Positions 51,098-61,313 of a stretch of DNA of 64,000 nt are shown here, one piece after another. The DNA is taken from contig JBASCT010000025.1 of NCBI GenBank assembly GCA_049651785.1, positions 5,563 to 69,562 of the forward strand. Direction: 5' to 3'. Within the stretch, counting starts at the first letter, position 1; every line of letters begins with the position of its first letter. The stretch is from Minisyncoccia bacterium. GTDB lineage: Bacteria > Patescibacteriota > Minisyncoccia > Phycocordibacterales > Zambryskibacteraceae. The notes beneath the pieces are model-generated. The model was not told the origin of the DNA and searched no databases. It was given only the letters and a program-made list of their open reading frames with translations. A program made the position numbers and the translations under genes.

Positions 51098-52687
51098 TTA
51101 TAGCGTATTTACTTCCTCAAATGGGATAATGCGCTGGGTCGCCTTGAGGATGGCGTCCTCTTTCATCGAGAGCATACCTTTGATGCGCACCACTTTGTAA
51201 AGCTCAATCTCGGATGGGTCTTTCAAGATTACCGACTCAATATCTTTGTCCATCTCGAAGACTTCCATAACAGCGACCCGGCCCGAGGTGCCGTTGAGGC
51301 AGTCGGGCGTCGGCATAATCTCGTAGACTTCGTTACCGAGTTTCAATTGGCGCTTGAATTCGACGGGCAGGTCGTTGAACTGTTTGTCTATCATCAGGCG
51401 GAGCGAGCCCTCAACCGGCTTGGGCTTCCCGCCACCCGGGCAGAGCTTTCTCACCAGTCTTTGCGCCATGGTGAGAACAAGGGTCGGCGCGATTAGGTAC
51501 GGGTCGACACCCATGTCGATGAGGCGCGGGATGGCGCCGACGGCGTTGTTGGTGTGGAGGGTTGAAAAGACCAAGTGGCCGGTGAGCGCGGCTTGGATCG
51601 CGAGCTGCGCCGTCTCCTTGTCTCTGATCTCGCCGACCATGATAACGTCGGGGTCTTGGCGCAGGGTCGTCCTTAATCCTGTGGCGAAGGTGTAGTCGAT
51701 CTCGGGGTGAATTTGCGATTGCGAGACGCCGTCTATAGAGTACTCGACCGGGTCTTCGAGCGAGAGGACGTTCTGGTGGTCCTTGTCGACTTCGTTGAGC
51801 ATCGCGTAGAGGGTCGTTGACTTACCGGAACCCGTCGGGCCCGTGATGAGGATAAGGCCGTAGGGGCGTTTTAAGGCCTTTCGGATAAGAGCGATGTTGG
51901 TCGGCGTGAGCTCGAGGTCGTCGAGAGTTTTCACTCCCTGCGACTGGTCGAGGATACGCATCACGACCTTCTCGCCGTAATAGGTCGGGAAGGTCGAGAC
52001 ACGGAAGTCCACTTTTCTCGATTCAATCGTCGCCGAGAAGCGGCCGTCTTGAGGTTTGCGCTTTTCGTCGAGGCGCATGTTGGAGACGATTTTTATACGG
52101 GCGACGACGGCCGAGTGGACTTTAAGCGGCAGGAGGAGCGAGGTGTTGAGCTCACCGTCGACACGGAAGCGCACGCGGACATTGTCGCGCGTCGGCTCGA
52201 TGTGGACGTCGGAAGCCTTGCCTTCGGAGGCATAGTTGAGGATATTGGCGACAATTTTCGTCACGGGCGCGTCTTCGACAATCTTGGTATCTATGGGCTC
52301 GTCGGCTTTTTCTTTTTCCAGCGTGACGTCTTTGGCCACTTTGGTCGAGAGTTCCGATTCGAGTTCCGAGAGCGCTTTGGTGACCTCACCCGAGAGTCCT
52401 TTGTAACGGTCGAGAGTCGCCGCGAAGTCTTCTTGGCTTATGAGATAGAGCTTGTAGGGCATGCCGACGCGCGAGGAGATGAAGTTTAAGGCGTCGCGGG
52501 TCTCAAGGTCCGTGGGATCGAGCGCGCCGACTTCGAGCACGCCGTCTTTTATCCCTATCGGCACTATCCTGTAGTGCTCAGCCGATTCTTGCGAGATATA
52601 TTCGAGCGTTTTGTCGGAGACCTTGAAGTCCTTGAGATTCTTGGTCGGAATCGCGGGCGCCGACTTTTTGCTTCCTTGTTGAGCCAT
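51098..52687 (-). CDS. pilB: Type IV pilus assembly ATPase PilB, full length with N-terminal GSPII_E_N domain
   Basis: [10 protein letters not shown], Asp and His boxes. Confidence 0.85.
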   Translation of the reverse strand: MAQQGSKKSAPAIPTKNLKDFKVSDKTLEYISQESAEHYRIVPIGIKDGVLEVGALDPTDLETRDALNFISSRVGMPYKLYLISQEDFAATLDRYKGLSGEVTKALSELESELSTKVAKDVTLEKEKADEPIDTKIVEDAPVTKIVANILNYASEGKASDVHIEPTRDNVRVRFRVDGELNTSLLLPLKVHSAVVARIKIVSNMRLDEKRKPQDGRFSATIESRKVDFRVSTFPTYYGEKVVMRILDQSQGVKTLDDLELTPTNIALIRKALKRPYGLILITGPTGSGKSTTLYAMLNEVDKDHQNVLSLEDPVEYSIDGVSQSQIHPEIDYTFATGLRTTLRQDPDVIMVGEIRDKETAQLAIQAALTGHLVFSTLHTNNAVGAIPRLIDMGVDPYLIAPTLVLTMAQRLVRKLCPGGGKPKPVEGSLRLMIDKQFNDLPVEFKRQLKLGNEVYEIMPTPDCLNGTSGRVAVMEVFEMDKDIESVILKDPSEIELYKVVRIKGMLSMKEDAILKATQRIIPFEEVNTL

Positions 52688-52691
52688 CGTT

Positions 52692-52988
52692 TTAGTCTCT
52701 CCCGATATTAGCGAAGGGGTTCACTCTGCCGACGGGCAGATCCGGTATCGCGATACTGAAATCAATGAGACCCAGGTAGCCAGGCGAGGCGAAAAGAGAC
52801 TGGTCGAAGTTTACCTTCTCGAGATCGTTCTTGAGGTTGATGATATCGGTGCCGATATTGGCGGCGACACTTTCGTCTGGGATAAGCGTGTCGTCGGGAC
52901 GAAAGAGAATCTTATAGAGCACCATGACGAGAATGAAGATGATTATCACCGCGAGAATGCCTTTGTTTGCCGAAAGTTTTTCTTTCAT
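52692..52988 (-). CDS. Small bitopic membrane protein in the pilMNO operon (PilP-like position)
   Basis: MKEKLSANKGILAVIIIFILVMVLY. Start taken at the internal Met of the longer six-frame ORF. Confidence 0.45.
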   Translation of the reverse strand: MKEKLSANKGILAVIIIFILVMVLYKILFRPDDTLIPDESVAANIGTDIINLKNDLEKVNFDQSLFASPGYLGLIDFSIAIPDLPVGRVNPFANIGRD

Positions 52989-52989
52989 A

Positions 52990-53541
52990 TTATTTGAGCC
53001 AATAGATATCGGCTGTAATTTTAAATTCGTAGAGGGTTGCATCCGTGTTGGCGGTGAAAGTAATTTCCCTGATATCCATAAGACGCAGGCCCTGCTCGAT
53101 GTCGTTGAGAATGTTGCGGAAATTCTCATAACTTGAGACGAAGACGAAGGTCACCGAGCTCTTGCCGTACGGGGGCTGGTTTTCGGGTAGGACGATGAGC
53201 GAGGGGTCGATGTACTCTTGGGGCGAAGTTACGAGAACGCTTTTTAAGGAGACGCCATAGCGCGAGGTAATGCCGTCGAGGTCGAGGGCCAATTGCGTTG
53301 TGTCGACGTTGTCGGGCAGAGCTTTGTTGAGACGCTCAATCTCGGCGCGCGGGATAGAAGCGTAGTTTGACTGGAGGGCATCGCGGAGGTCGAATATTTG
53401 CGTGGCGTTGTCGAGAACATTTTTATATTCCGCCGCCTCGGCGCGCAGGTCTTTCACTTCTTGGTACTGGACGCTCGTGAAGGTGTAGTAAAGACCGGTA
53501 GAGAGGAGGATAAATATTATCGCTGTGTTGTTAGACATCAT
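52990..53541 (-). CDS. pilO: Type IV pilus assembly protein PilO
   Basis: TM, coiled coil and ferredoxin-like architecture. Operon position. Confidence 0.65.
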   Translation of the reverse strand: MMSNNTAIIFILLSTGLYYTFTSVQYQEVKDLRAEAAEYKNVLDNATQIFDLRDALQSNYASIPRAEIERLNKALPDNVDTTQLALDLDGITSRYGVSLKSVLVTSPQEYIDPSLIVLPENQPPYGKSSVTFVFVSSYENFRNILNDIEQGLRLMDIREITFTANTDATLYEFKITADIYWLK

Positions 53542-54194
53542 ATGGTATCAAGACCGGGCACGGGCTCAGGCACCGAAGGCAGAGTCGGCAGGACGGCGCC
53601 CGACTCGACAAGTTTCGCGTAGGAAATGAGGCCGGGATCAAGAATGCCGCGGAAGGAGAAGGTGACGTCGCCCCGTTCGTTGAGAAGCAGGTTCGAGAAA
53701 GCGGGGTTCCTGAAGTATTTGCTCTGGTCGAAGATGTTTGCCTGGAGGGCAAGGGCGCCGTAGCCGCGCGACTCGCCGCGGAGATTGACCTCTACCCCCT
53801 CGGCGCTCGTTCGGTACATAAGTTCGCTGAAGCGGACGAGTCTTGGCGACGACGTTTCCAAGAATTCGAAGAAGGGCGAGAGGACGACGTGCTTCGAGAT
53901 AAGCTCACGAATCGTGACGATGCGGTTGTGGAGATAGGTGAGCTCCTTTATTTCTTCCGCGTTCAGGGCCGCGCGCACCTCCTCGAGGTCGGCCTGCATG
54001 GCTTCGATATTGCTCTTTAGATAGTACTTGTAGCCGAAGACGCCCCCGGCGGCGAGAACCGAGACGACGAAGAGAATGAGTCCAAAGAGGCCCAAGATAC
54101 TTCTCTCTCCGGGACGTCGAGCGAGATTCGGTCCTGTGGTGGTGGCGGCTAAGGGGCCTTTAGGAATGAAAGATGATTGGAATTTCGGTTCCAT
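53538..54194 (-). CDS. pilN: Type IV pilus assembly protein PilN
   Basis: Single TM after about 35 residues, coiled coil. Overlaps the pilO start. Confidence 0.65.
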   Translation of the reverse strand: MEPKFQSSFIPKGPLAATTTGPNLARRPGERSILGLFGLILFVVSVLAAGGVFGYKYYLKSNIEAMQADLEEVRAALNAEEIKELTYLHNRIVTIRELISKHVVLSPFFEFLETSSPRLVRFSELMYRTSAEGVEVNLRGESRGYGALALQANIFDQSKYFRNPAFSNLLLNERGDVTFSFRGILDPGLISYAKLVESGAVLPTLPSVPEPVPGLDTI

Positions 54195-54249
54195 TTCTCT
54201 AAATTATACAACAAAAAGGAGCTTCTTTGAGGCGGGGCGGTGTTTATAA

Positions 54250-55368
54250 CTACTTCTCTTCGGCGAGACGGCGGAGAGCGAGTCCGATAGCGACGGCGAA
54301 CTCGGGCCCAGTCTCCTTCAGCACATTTTCGAGGAATGCGGGTGTCGCGACTTTGCTGAAGGGGTTGGCGGAGACCACTTCGGTTTTGAAATTGGCCTTC
54401 GCCGCCGCCGAGAGACCCTTGAGGGCCGAGCCGCCGCCGACCATGACGATTTTGGAAATAGTTTTATTGTACTTTTTCTCGAAAGTCAGGAGCACCGTGT
54501 TCGCCTCGGCGAAGATGAAGTCGAGAGTAAGAGAGATAACCTCGGCGACAGTCTTGTCCTCGCCCGACATCCCGAGCTGGCGCTTCAGAATCTCGGCTTT
54601 CTCGGGCGGGATACCGAGTGACTTCGAGAGCGCCGTGGTGATGTCCTGCGAGCCGCGGTTTATCGTGTGGGACGCTCTGACAATCCCCCGCTCGACGACA
54701 TAGAGCTTCGTCGTCGAGGAGCCGATGTCCATGAGCATGACGGGGCGGAGGGTGTCGTCGAGGACGGCGCGCATGGTGCTGAAGATTTCTATTTCAAAGA
54801 AGCTCGCGTCGAGTCCGCTCTTCTCGACAATCTCTTTGTAGCGCGCGATAGTCTCGTTGTGGATCGCGACTATAAGGACATCAGTCCGCGCGGGCCCCGT
54901 CGGCGGCTTCACCTCGGCGTTGTCATCCTCGGGGCGCGTCTCACTTTTGGGGATGACGGACCAGTCGAGCATTACTTCCGAGACGGGCACGGGAATATAT
55001 TTCCTCGCCTCAAGCGGCACCATGACGGAGAGCTGCTTGTCGCTCACCTCTGGCATCTCGATGACGGCCATGAGGGAGGAGGCGAAAGGTATCGAGAGCC
55101 CGCACTTCTTCGTGGTGATGTTGACCTCCTTCTCGCGCATGAGGTCAATGAGGGCCTGGGCAATTTTGTCGGGCGGAAGAACGGCGGAGGCGCCGACGGG
55201 GAGTCCGGCGTAGGGACCGAGGGCGAGTTCGCCGTAAGTCTCGAGGACGGCCTGGCTGTTTTTCTTCTTAATTTGGACGATTTTTATGGCGGAGGAGCCG
55301 ATATCAATCCCCAGAGCCGAGGGAGAGTCGTCGAGCTTCATGTTGAGAAATTTCGAAAAGAGTTCCAT
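54250..55368 (-). CDS. pilM: Type IV pilus assembly protein PilM (actin-like ATPase fold)
   Basis: GIDIGSSAIKIVQI, DIGSSTTKLYVV. Confidence 0.8.
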   Translation of the reverse strand: MELFSKFLNMKLDDSPSALGIDIGSSAIKIVQIKKKNSQAVLETYGELALGPYAGLPVGASAVLPPDKIAQALIDLMREKEVNITTKKCGLSIPFASSLMAVIEMPEVSDKQLSVMVPLEARKYIPVPVSEVMLDWSVIPKSETRPEDDNAEVKPPTGPARTDVLIVAIHNETIARYKEIVEKSGLDASFFEIEIFSTMRAVLDDTLRPVMLMDIGSSTTKLYVVERGIVRASHTINRGSQDITTALSKSLGIPPEKAEILKRQLGMSGEDKTVAEVISLTLDFIFAEANTVLLTFEKKYNKTISKIVMVGGGSALKGLSAAAKANFKTEVVSANPFSKVATPAFLENVLKETGPEFAVAIGLALRRLAEEK

Positions 55369-55395
55369 CCATTCTATAATATCACAGCCCCTTAT

Positions 55396-56055
55396 ATGGA
55401 ACTCTTTTCAAACATCCGTGAGACCGTCACCGACTTCCTCTTCCCGAAGTCGAAGCGCGTTTTGGAATTGGAAGCCCTCTCCGCGCCAGAACTTTTGAAG
55501 ACCTTGCCCGGAGCCGATAAGCCAGAGCGAGGAAACGTTTGGGCAATCTTTAGCTACGAGAACACGCTGGTAAAAGAGCTCGTCTGGGAGCTCAAGTATT
55601 CGGGCAACAAAGTCATTGCCGCGAAACTTGGCGAGATCCTTTTCGACTTTTTGAAAAATAAATTGGCGGAGGAGAAAATTTTTGACACATATCCCCGCCC
55701 GCTTGTCGTGCCCATCCCGATCCCGGGCAAGCGCCTCTTCGAGCGGGGCTGGAATCAGGCGGAGCTTCTGGTCGCCGAATTAAAAAAGCGCGACCCGGAG
55801 CACGTCTTCAAGTATCTCTCGGGACAGCTCGTGAAGGCGCGTTATACGGAGAGTCAGACCAAAACTTCGACACGCGCGGAGCGGGCGAAAAATCTCAAGG
55901 ACAGCATGAGAATTTTAAACCCAGCCTCGGTCGCGGGGTCATGTGTCGCGGTAATTGATGATGTGACCACGACGGGCTCAACTTTCGCCGAGGCGGAGCG
56001 CGCGCTCAAAGCGGCGGGGGCGAAAAAAGTTCTCGGTATTGCTATTGCCCATTAG
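55396..56055 (+). CDS. comFC: ComF/ComFC-family phosphoribosyltransferase-like competence protein
   Basis: PRTase motif VAVIDDVTTTGSTF. Divergent from pilM. The six-frame ORF 54667..56055 is over-extended. Confidence 0.7.
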   Translation: MELFSNIRETVTDFLFPKSKRVLELEALSAPELLKTLPGADKPERGNVWAIFSYENTLVKELVWELKYSGNKVIAAKLGEILFDFLKNKLAEEKIFDTYPRPLVVPIPIPGKRLFERGWNQAELLVAELKKRDPEHVFKYLSGQLVKARYTESQTKTSTRAERAKNLKDSMRILNPASVAGSCVAVIDDVTTTGSTFAEAERALKAAGAKKVLGIAIAH

Positions 56056-56086
56056 GCCCTAGAGACCTTCGTTTTGGTCTGTCATT

Positions 56087-56488
56087 TTATCTTGTTCTTA
56101 AAAGTGTGTTCACCATTATCACCCCCGCGACGTTGAAGTCCTCCCACTCGGGCGCGGGCTTCTCGGAGACGAGGCGCATCCTGCCCGTGACGGCGATAGT
56201 GTCTTCCACCTTAAGGTCGGTATTGGCATCCTGAATTCTCGAGATATCGAGAGCGTAGAAGAGGCCGTCGCGGGACTTAACGCCCAGAGTGCAGGCGGCG
56301 TCTTCGTTCGGCTCCTTGAGAGGCAGACAGCTGAAAGAGCCCGTGATAGTGACCATGTCGTCTATCTCGTCGTTCACCACCTTATCCCAGCCCTTGAAGA
56401 GGATGGCGCCGAGAACGAGGAGCGCGAAAAGGACCACGAGCCAGACGGCATTTTTCCTAACAGGTCCCTTGTTTTCGTAGTCGTCCAT
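56087..56488 (-). CDS. Membrane-anchored hypothetical protein
   Basis: N-terminal TM. No homolog recognised. Confidence 0.45.
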   Translation of the reverse strand: MDDYENKGPVRKNAVWLVVLFALLVLGAILFKGWDKVVNDEIDDMVTITGSFSCLPLKEPNEDAACTLGVKSRDGLFYALDISRIQDANTDLKVEDTIAVTGRMRLVSEKPAPEWEDFNVAGVIMVNTLLRTR

Positions 56489-56610
56489 ATTTAGCGAGCG
56501 CTCCCTTCCCTCATATTTCCCTTATTATACCCCTTCTAGACGCCCGAGCAAGCTGGGACTTACAGATTGAGCATGGGATCTATAGTATCGAGCTCGTGTT
56601 TCTGGCTCGT

Positions 56611-57483
56611 TCATATTCCTATTTTCCAAACTCCCTTCTCGAGAAAAGCTTCAATGGTCTGCCTAGTTGCTTTATTGATAAGATTTGAGTGGGATGTCTT
56701 TTGAGATTTTGCATAATCAACTAAAGTCACAATTTTCTTCCCTTCCAAGTACGCCAAACGTTTGTGATAACTATTGGTCAGAGCTTTCGCGACTATCTCT
56801 TCCATTATTTCTGTTTTACCCTTTTCATCAAATTCCTTAAAAGCATCGTAGTACTTCGCTCGGTCGATGAATTTAATATTGATTGGCACAAAACCTTCTC
56901 TGATTAAAAGATAGTTATTGAGCACACGACCAATGCGTCCGTTACCGTCTATAAATGGGTGGGTGTATTCAAACGCGAGGTGCAGTTTTGCAATCCTCTT
57001 CACAACACTCTTATGATTACTTGCGTTATATTCCGCAAGCATTGTCTCTAGTCGCCCTACAACTTCTCGCGCATGAGGCGCAATGTGGCTACCGACACGT
57101 ACTCGCTCATCCCCCTCACGAAATCGTCCTGCGATATCGTCACGGATATTTGAGATGAGCATTTTATGAAGCGAAAGCATGACGTCGAGTGTCAATTCTT
57201 GTTCTTTCGCTCGTTTATCAATATATGAAACAACTTTTGCAAGGTTTTTTGCTTCAAAAATTTCTCGTTGGTTGATAAACCGATCGAGGTCAATCTGAAG
57301 TAATATCTTTTCCGTTTCTTCTAGTGTGAGCGTGCTGTTTTCGATTGCGTTTGAGTTGTACACCTGCTCTGGTATCTCTGCCTCGTTGACAAGCTTAATA
57401 ACCGCCTCTTTTCCCATAGAAGCTTTGTAGTAACGCTCACGAAGAGTATTGATTTTGCTAAATACTGCCGGTGTCTTTGCCAT
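56611..57483 (-). CDS. Fic/Doc family protein
   Basis: Fic motif HPFIDGNGRIGR. Confidence 0.85.
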   Translation of the reverse strand: MAKTPAVFSKINTLRERYYKASMGKEAVIKLVNEAEIPEQVYNSNAIENSTLTLEETEKILLQIDLDRFINQREIFEAKNLAKVVSYIDKRAKEQELTLDVMLSLHKMLISNIRDDIAGRFREGDERVRVGSHIAPHAREVVGRLETMLAEYNASNHKSVVKRIAKLHLAFEYTHPFIDGNGRIGRVLNNYLLIREGFVPINIKFIDRAKYYDAFKEFDEKGKTEIMEEIVAKALTNSYHKRLAYLEGKKIVTLVDYAKSQKTSHSNLINKATRQTIEAFLEKGVWKIGI

Positions 57484-57491
57484 ATATCATA

Positions 57492-57519
57492 AGTATAGCT
57501 ATTTTCACGCTTTTGTCAA
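57492..57519 (-). promoter_or_regulatory. Promoter TTGACA-16-TATACT for fic. The -10 lies about 8 nt before the ATG, so the mRNA is probably leaderless
   Basis: Read on the reverse strand. Overlaps a 14-bp direct-repeat copy. Confidence 0.4.
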
Positions 57520-57565
57520 CATAATCGTGAAAATCACTGAAAAATCTCGCTTTTTCACGCTTTTG
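57502..57565. repeat. Two 14-bp direct repeats TTTTCACGCTTTTG (57502-57515 and 57552-57565) plus an inverted half-site CGTGAAAA (57526-57533)
   Basis: Exact copies 50 bp apart in the fic upstream region. Operator-like. Confidence 0.6.
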
Positions 57566-57825
57566 ACTATAATTCCCCCTTAGGCATTCTTCAGCGCCTC
57601 AATATCGATCTTCTTCATACTAAGCAGTTTCTCCCACGCCTTTGGTTTGAGTATGAGCTTTTCAATATTTTCCGGATTAATTTGCCACGAGAGACCGTAC
57701 TTATCCTTGCACCAGCCACACTTTTCCCTTAAACCATAAGTTCGGTGTTATTTTTTGCATAAGGATATTTTACTACTTTTAAAGCCGAGAGACCTTTCTT
57801 ATATAGAGAAAAGGTTGAATTTGTG

Positions 57826-58233
57826 TTAGTTTTTATCTCTAAGAAGTTTTTTTCCAAGATTTACTAGCTTATTTGTAAGTCCTGTGCCTTCCAAAATTTG
57901 TTTTTTTAATGCATTAATGTCTGTTGGGTTCAAACTTCCAGTTATAGGAAAGTTTTCCCATTTTTCTACGTGTTTATCGGAGTTGTGCAGATGGGCTGCA
58001 AGTCCTTCAAAATCACGACTTGTTAGTATCACATAGGCAAGTACGGGCGCATTAATGTCATCGGTGTGAAGCTTTTTTTCGTATTTTTTAGTAAGGTTTC
58101 TAACAATATTTGTTGCATCTTCATTAAGAATCTTTGCAACATGATATTCATCATTTTCTACGTCTGAAAACAACCAAACATACGGGTTTCCTTTAAACAA
58201 GAATACTTGTCCGAAGGTTATAAGCGGACCCAT
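57826..58233 (-). CDS. Hypothetical 135-aa protein, candidate toxin partner of the Panacea-domain gene
   Basis: Starts 3 nt after the Panacea gene stop. About 33% GC. No homolog recognised. Confidence 0.45.
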   Translation of the reverse strand: MGPLITFGQVFLFKGNPYVWLFSDVENDEYHVAKILNEDATNIVRNLTKKYEKKLHTDDINAPVLAYVILTSRDFEGLAAHLHNSDKHVEKWENFPITGSLNPTDINALKKQILEGTGLTNKLVNLGKKLLRDKN

Positions 58234-58236
58234 ATC

Positions 58237-58779
58237 TTACACAGCTATTTTTAACGCGGCTTCAATGTCTTCCTTTTCAACAAAGCTGTCCTTGTCATCA
58301 GCACCAAGTTCGTATGGTATAAACTCACCAAGTTTTGTTTTTAGCCACGCCGATTCATTGTGAGACGCTTCTTCGATTTGCTTTCCAGTACTATCTCTAA
58401 AAATCTCACAAACCTCTTCCATTACTTTGAGTTCGCTTTTAGTAAAGTATTCTGCATCTTTTGGAGTGAATTTTCTCTTGACTAGTATTTTTTTCATTTT
58501 GCTATCCTCTCTTTCAACCACTGAAATCGTGTCACCCAAAACTGAGTTATCAATATCAGTTTCCACAGAATTAACCAAATTCATGATTGCAGAAGGAACT
58601 GGCCCGTGCTCCAAATTCACGTAGTTATCACTTGTTATGGGTGTTAAATATTTTTTTACGTGCCGAAAATCCGCAAAGTAAAAGAGCTTCATGAGCTTTG
58701 TTTTCCCCATCAAATTTGGGTCTGTGTAAGTAGCGAAGTAAAGAATCATCTTTTTTACCTTCGCTTGTGATATTTTCAT
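58237..58779 (-). CDS. Panacea (DUF4065, SocA-like) domain protein, candidate antitoxin
   Basis: KLMKLFYFADF...LEHGPV motif typical of DUF4065 as I recall it. Confidence 0.55.
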   Translation of the reverse strand: MKISQAKVKKMILYFATYTDPNLMGKTKLMKLFYFADFRHVKKYLTPITSDNYVNLEHGPVPSAIMNLVNSVETDIDNSVLGDTISVVEREDSKMKKILVKRKFTPKDAEYFTKSELKVMEEVCEIFRDSTGKQIEEASHNESAWLKTKLGEFIPYELGADDKDSFVEKEDIEAALKIAV

Positions 58780-58973
58780 CTATAAATTGCCTTGCGCTCG
58801 ATGCGCTTATTATAACATTAACGAGTCAAAGTGGGTTGTCCACAATACAGATTTTTGTTGAAAAGTCAAGCCATCTACGAATGGATTTTGCCGCCAAGGA
58901 TCATAAGTGGACAAAACGCACAAATAGTAAGTAGCCGCCGAACTTTTCCTGCTAGCATTTCAGGGGATTTATA

Positions 58974-61313
58974 TTAGAACTTCAGCTCTTCCCAATCACT
59001 CCAATCGTTTCGCTCGCACCTGCCCCAATCGTACTTATCTTTCTGATTTATTTTCCACCTTCCATTTTTCTCTATCGCAATACCGCCAAAAAGTTTTTTG
59101 CCTTTCTTATTTTGCTCTTTGATATATTCCTGCAATTTTTCGGCTTTTGCTTTTGTGTATGTCGTTCCGTCGCGATCTCCGGCAGCCTTCGTTTCAAACA
59201 TTCCAATCTGTCCGTTGGCAAATTGCACGAGATAATCGGGGTAAAAAGTATGTATCACGCCTTCGGGATATTCATACTTTATACCAAAATAATCTTTCTT
59301 GTTTTCGCCGTTCTTCCACCACCAAACTATTTTCCCCGGATTCTCGTTCAAAAACTTTTCAAACTGCCTCTCTGGGTCTAGCCGGGTCGCGCTCAAATAA
59401 CATGGTTCATAAACATACTTTTTACCCTCCGCGATCTCATCCGCGTATTTGTTGAAAAAACTTTCCGGCGCAACATCAAATTCATACCATTGTTCGCTTT
59501 CCTCAACTCGTTTTTTTATCTCTTTTTCGCGAATTGTTTTATATGCTTCAATCGCGTCAGTCAAAATCGCCTCAAACTGCTTTCTGTTTCCATTGTGCAG
59601 GAAAATCATCTGCACGAGAATTGCTTCCTCCGGCCATTCTTTTGCGCCGAGATACTTCCTAAACCACGAATAAATCGCTGTCTTTACTTTCGGCACTGAT
59701 CGCTTAATGTTTTTGAATGAGCCAAGATTGTTTTTGATAGTTTGCTCAAACAATGCCTGTAAGTCGTTGCCTGCGATTGTAAGGCGGGCAAAATCTGCGG
59801 AGCTGATCTTTCCCTCAATTTCATCAAAACTTTTTCCCTCAATTTTAGCGTTAGCGATTATATCTTGCTGATATTTTGTGATATCAAGCACCATGCCCGC
59901 GCGCTCCATTTTTTCCGTATTTTGCGCAAACAAAGTGTGGTCTCCTTTCAAATCAAAATGTATGCAAGCCGTTCTCTCAAACACTGGAGTAAAACTTGAT
60001 GTAATGTCGCCGTAATCAGCGCGCGCCTTATAGTACGACACAAGTTTAATCGGCTTATACGCCGCCACACGGCCACTCTTGAGGTGTTTGATGATGTTAG
60101 GGTTATATTCTTCCTTTTTAACGATAATGCTTTGGACATTGGTATAGATATAGCCGACATTCAAAGGTTCGTTCGCATAGTGTTTCTGTTCGGGCATGCG
60201 CAAAATACGTCCGACGGTTTGGATTTCAAATGTCTCGCTGTGCGATTCGCGGAATTTCACCAAAATATGCGCGCGCGGACAATCCCAGCCGGTATCAATC
60301 GCTTGCTTGAAAATAAGAAACTCAATCTCATTGTCTAAATCTCTGACCCATTCATTTTTTGGGCCCAAGGCGGCCGACTTGTCGTCCGCCAGCCAAATCG
60401 CGAGCTTGCCATTTTTTTTGGTTATACCTTTGCGCGCCAAAAATTCCTTTACGGCTTTTATTTTGTCCTCTCCTGCTTCTGCTGTCGGTATTTGCACCAG
60501 CGCGAGCGGATTGACAATTGATTTCTCGGCTTCAAAAAGTTTCTTCAACTCCTTTCGTTTCTGATAAGCGGCTTCCAAAACCACTTCCTGCGAGTCGTTT
60601 TCGTCATCACTAATCTTGTCAATCCTATCGTTGATAACTAATTCTTTCTTTATCATGCCCTCGTCAATTACCTCTTTCGGCTCAATGAAAATAAATCCCG
60701 CCATACCGCGCGCCAAATCGCGCGGATCGGGTTGAATTTTTGGCGTCGCGCTCATTTCCAAAATAACATCGGCATTTATTTCCTCTCGTAATTCGTTAGT
60801 GCGTTCTGCTGTTGCTCCGATATGGCTTTCGTCAATAATCAAAATAACTTTTCGCTGTTCTCTCGTTTTCGCCATTACATCGCGAAAGTTTATTTTCTCG
60901 CCGTCCTTCATCAAAACATTTTTCCATTCGCCAGTTTCGCGGTCTTTACTTCGCAATTTTTCCCAATTTGCCACCACAACCTCGTTTCTGACAATTCGCT
61001 CCCGCCCGCCTGTAAATTCTTCCTCAACAAGCGAAACTCGCGGCGCGCCGCCAAAAAGTTCTTCCAAACTCCGCTTGCTTTGTAAATGCAAATCTCCCTT
61101 GCCGATACTTACCCACACAAAACATAAATCCTCATCAATCAGTTCTTTGATAATTTCTTCAATAAACTTGGCGGTCATTATCGTTTTACCACTTCCGGTA
61201 GGAGCTTGAAAAACGCAAACTTTTTTATTCCCTTCTTTTTTAAGCAAGGTTTTGACTGCGGCGATAAGTTCGCCAACCGCTGTTTCCTGATATTGTTTTA
61301 AGTTAATATTCAT
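58974..61313 (-). CDS. res: Type III restriction enzyme Res subunit (SF2 helicase/endonuclease)
   Basis: Walker A QAPTGSGKT, motif II IIDESH, helicase C region. Confidence 0.8.
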   Translation of the reverse strand: MNINLKQYQETAVGELIAAVKTLLKKEGNKKVCVFQAPTGSGKTIMTAKFIEEIIKELIDEDLCFVWVSIGKGDLHLQSKRSLEELFGGAPRVSLVEEEFTGGRERIVRNEVVVANWEKLRSKDRETGEWKNVLMKDGEKINFRDVMAKTREQRKVILIIDESHIGATAERTNELREEINADVILEMSATPKIQPDPRDLARGMAGFIFIEPKEVIDEGMIKKELVINDRIDKISDDENDSQEVVLEAAYQKRKELKKLFEAEKSIVNPLALVQIPTAEAGEDKIKAVKEFLARKGITKKNGKLAIWLADDKSAALGPKNEWVRDLDNEIEFLIFKQAIDTGWDCPRAHILVKFRESHSETFEIQTVGRILRMPEQKHYANEPLNVGYIYTNVQSIIVKKEEYNPNIIKHLKSGRVAAYKPIKLVSYYKARADYGDITSSFTPVFERTACIHFDLKGDHTLFAQNTEKMERAGMVLDITKYQQDIIANAKIEGKSFDEIEGKISSADFARLTIAGNDLQALFEQTIKNNLGSFKNIKRSVPKVKTAIYSWFRKYLGAKEWPEEAILVQMIFLHNGNRKQFEAILTDAIEAYKTIREKEIKKRVEESEQWYEFDVAPESFFNKYADEIAEGKKYVYEPCYLSATRLDPERQFEKFLNENPGKIVWWWKNGENKKDYFGIKYEYPEGVIHTFYPDYLVQFANGQIGMFETKAAGDRDGTTYTKAKAEKLQEYIKEQNKKGKKLFGGIAIEKNGRWKINQKDKYDWGRCERNDWSDWEELKF

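Noticed and set aside
54667-56055. 462-aa plus-strand six-frame ORF
   Set aside because: Its first ~240 codons are antisense to pilM. ComF homology begins at the internal Met at 55396, which is taken as the real start.
57590-57745. Minus-strand frame encoding ...KCGWCKDKYGLSWQINPENIEKLILKPKAWEKLLSMKKIDIEALKNA*
   Set aside because: It has no start codon and an in-frame stop upstream, with only a 12-codon Met-initiated tail. It is possibly a C-terminal gene remnant in the low-GC islet, but it cannot be supported as a gene.
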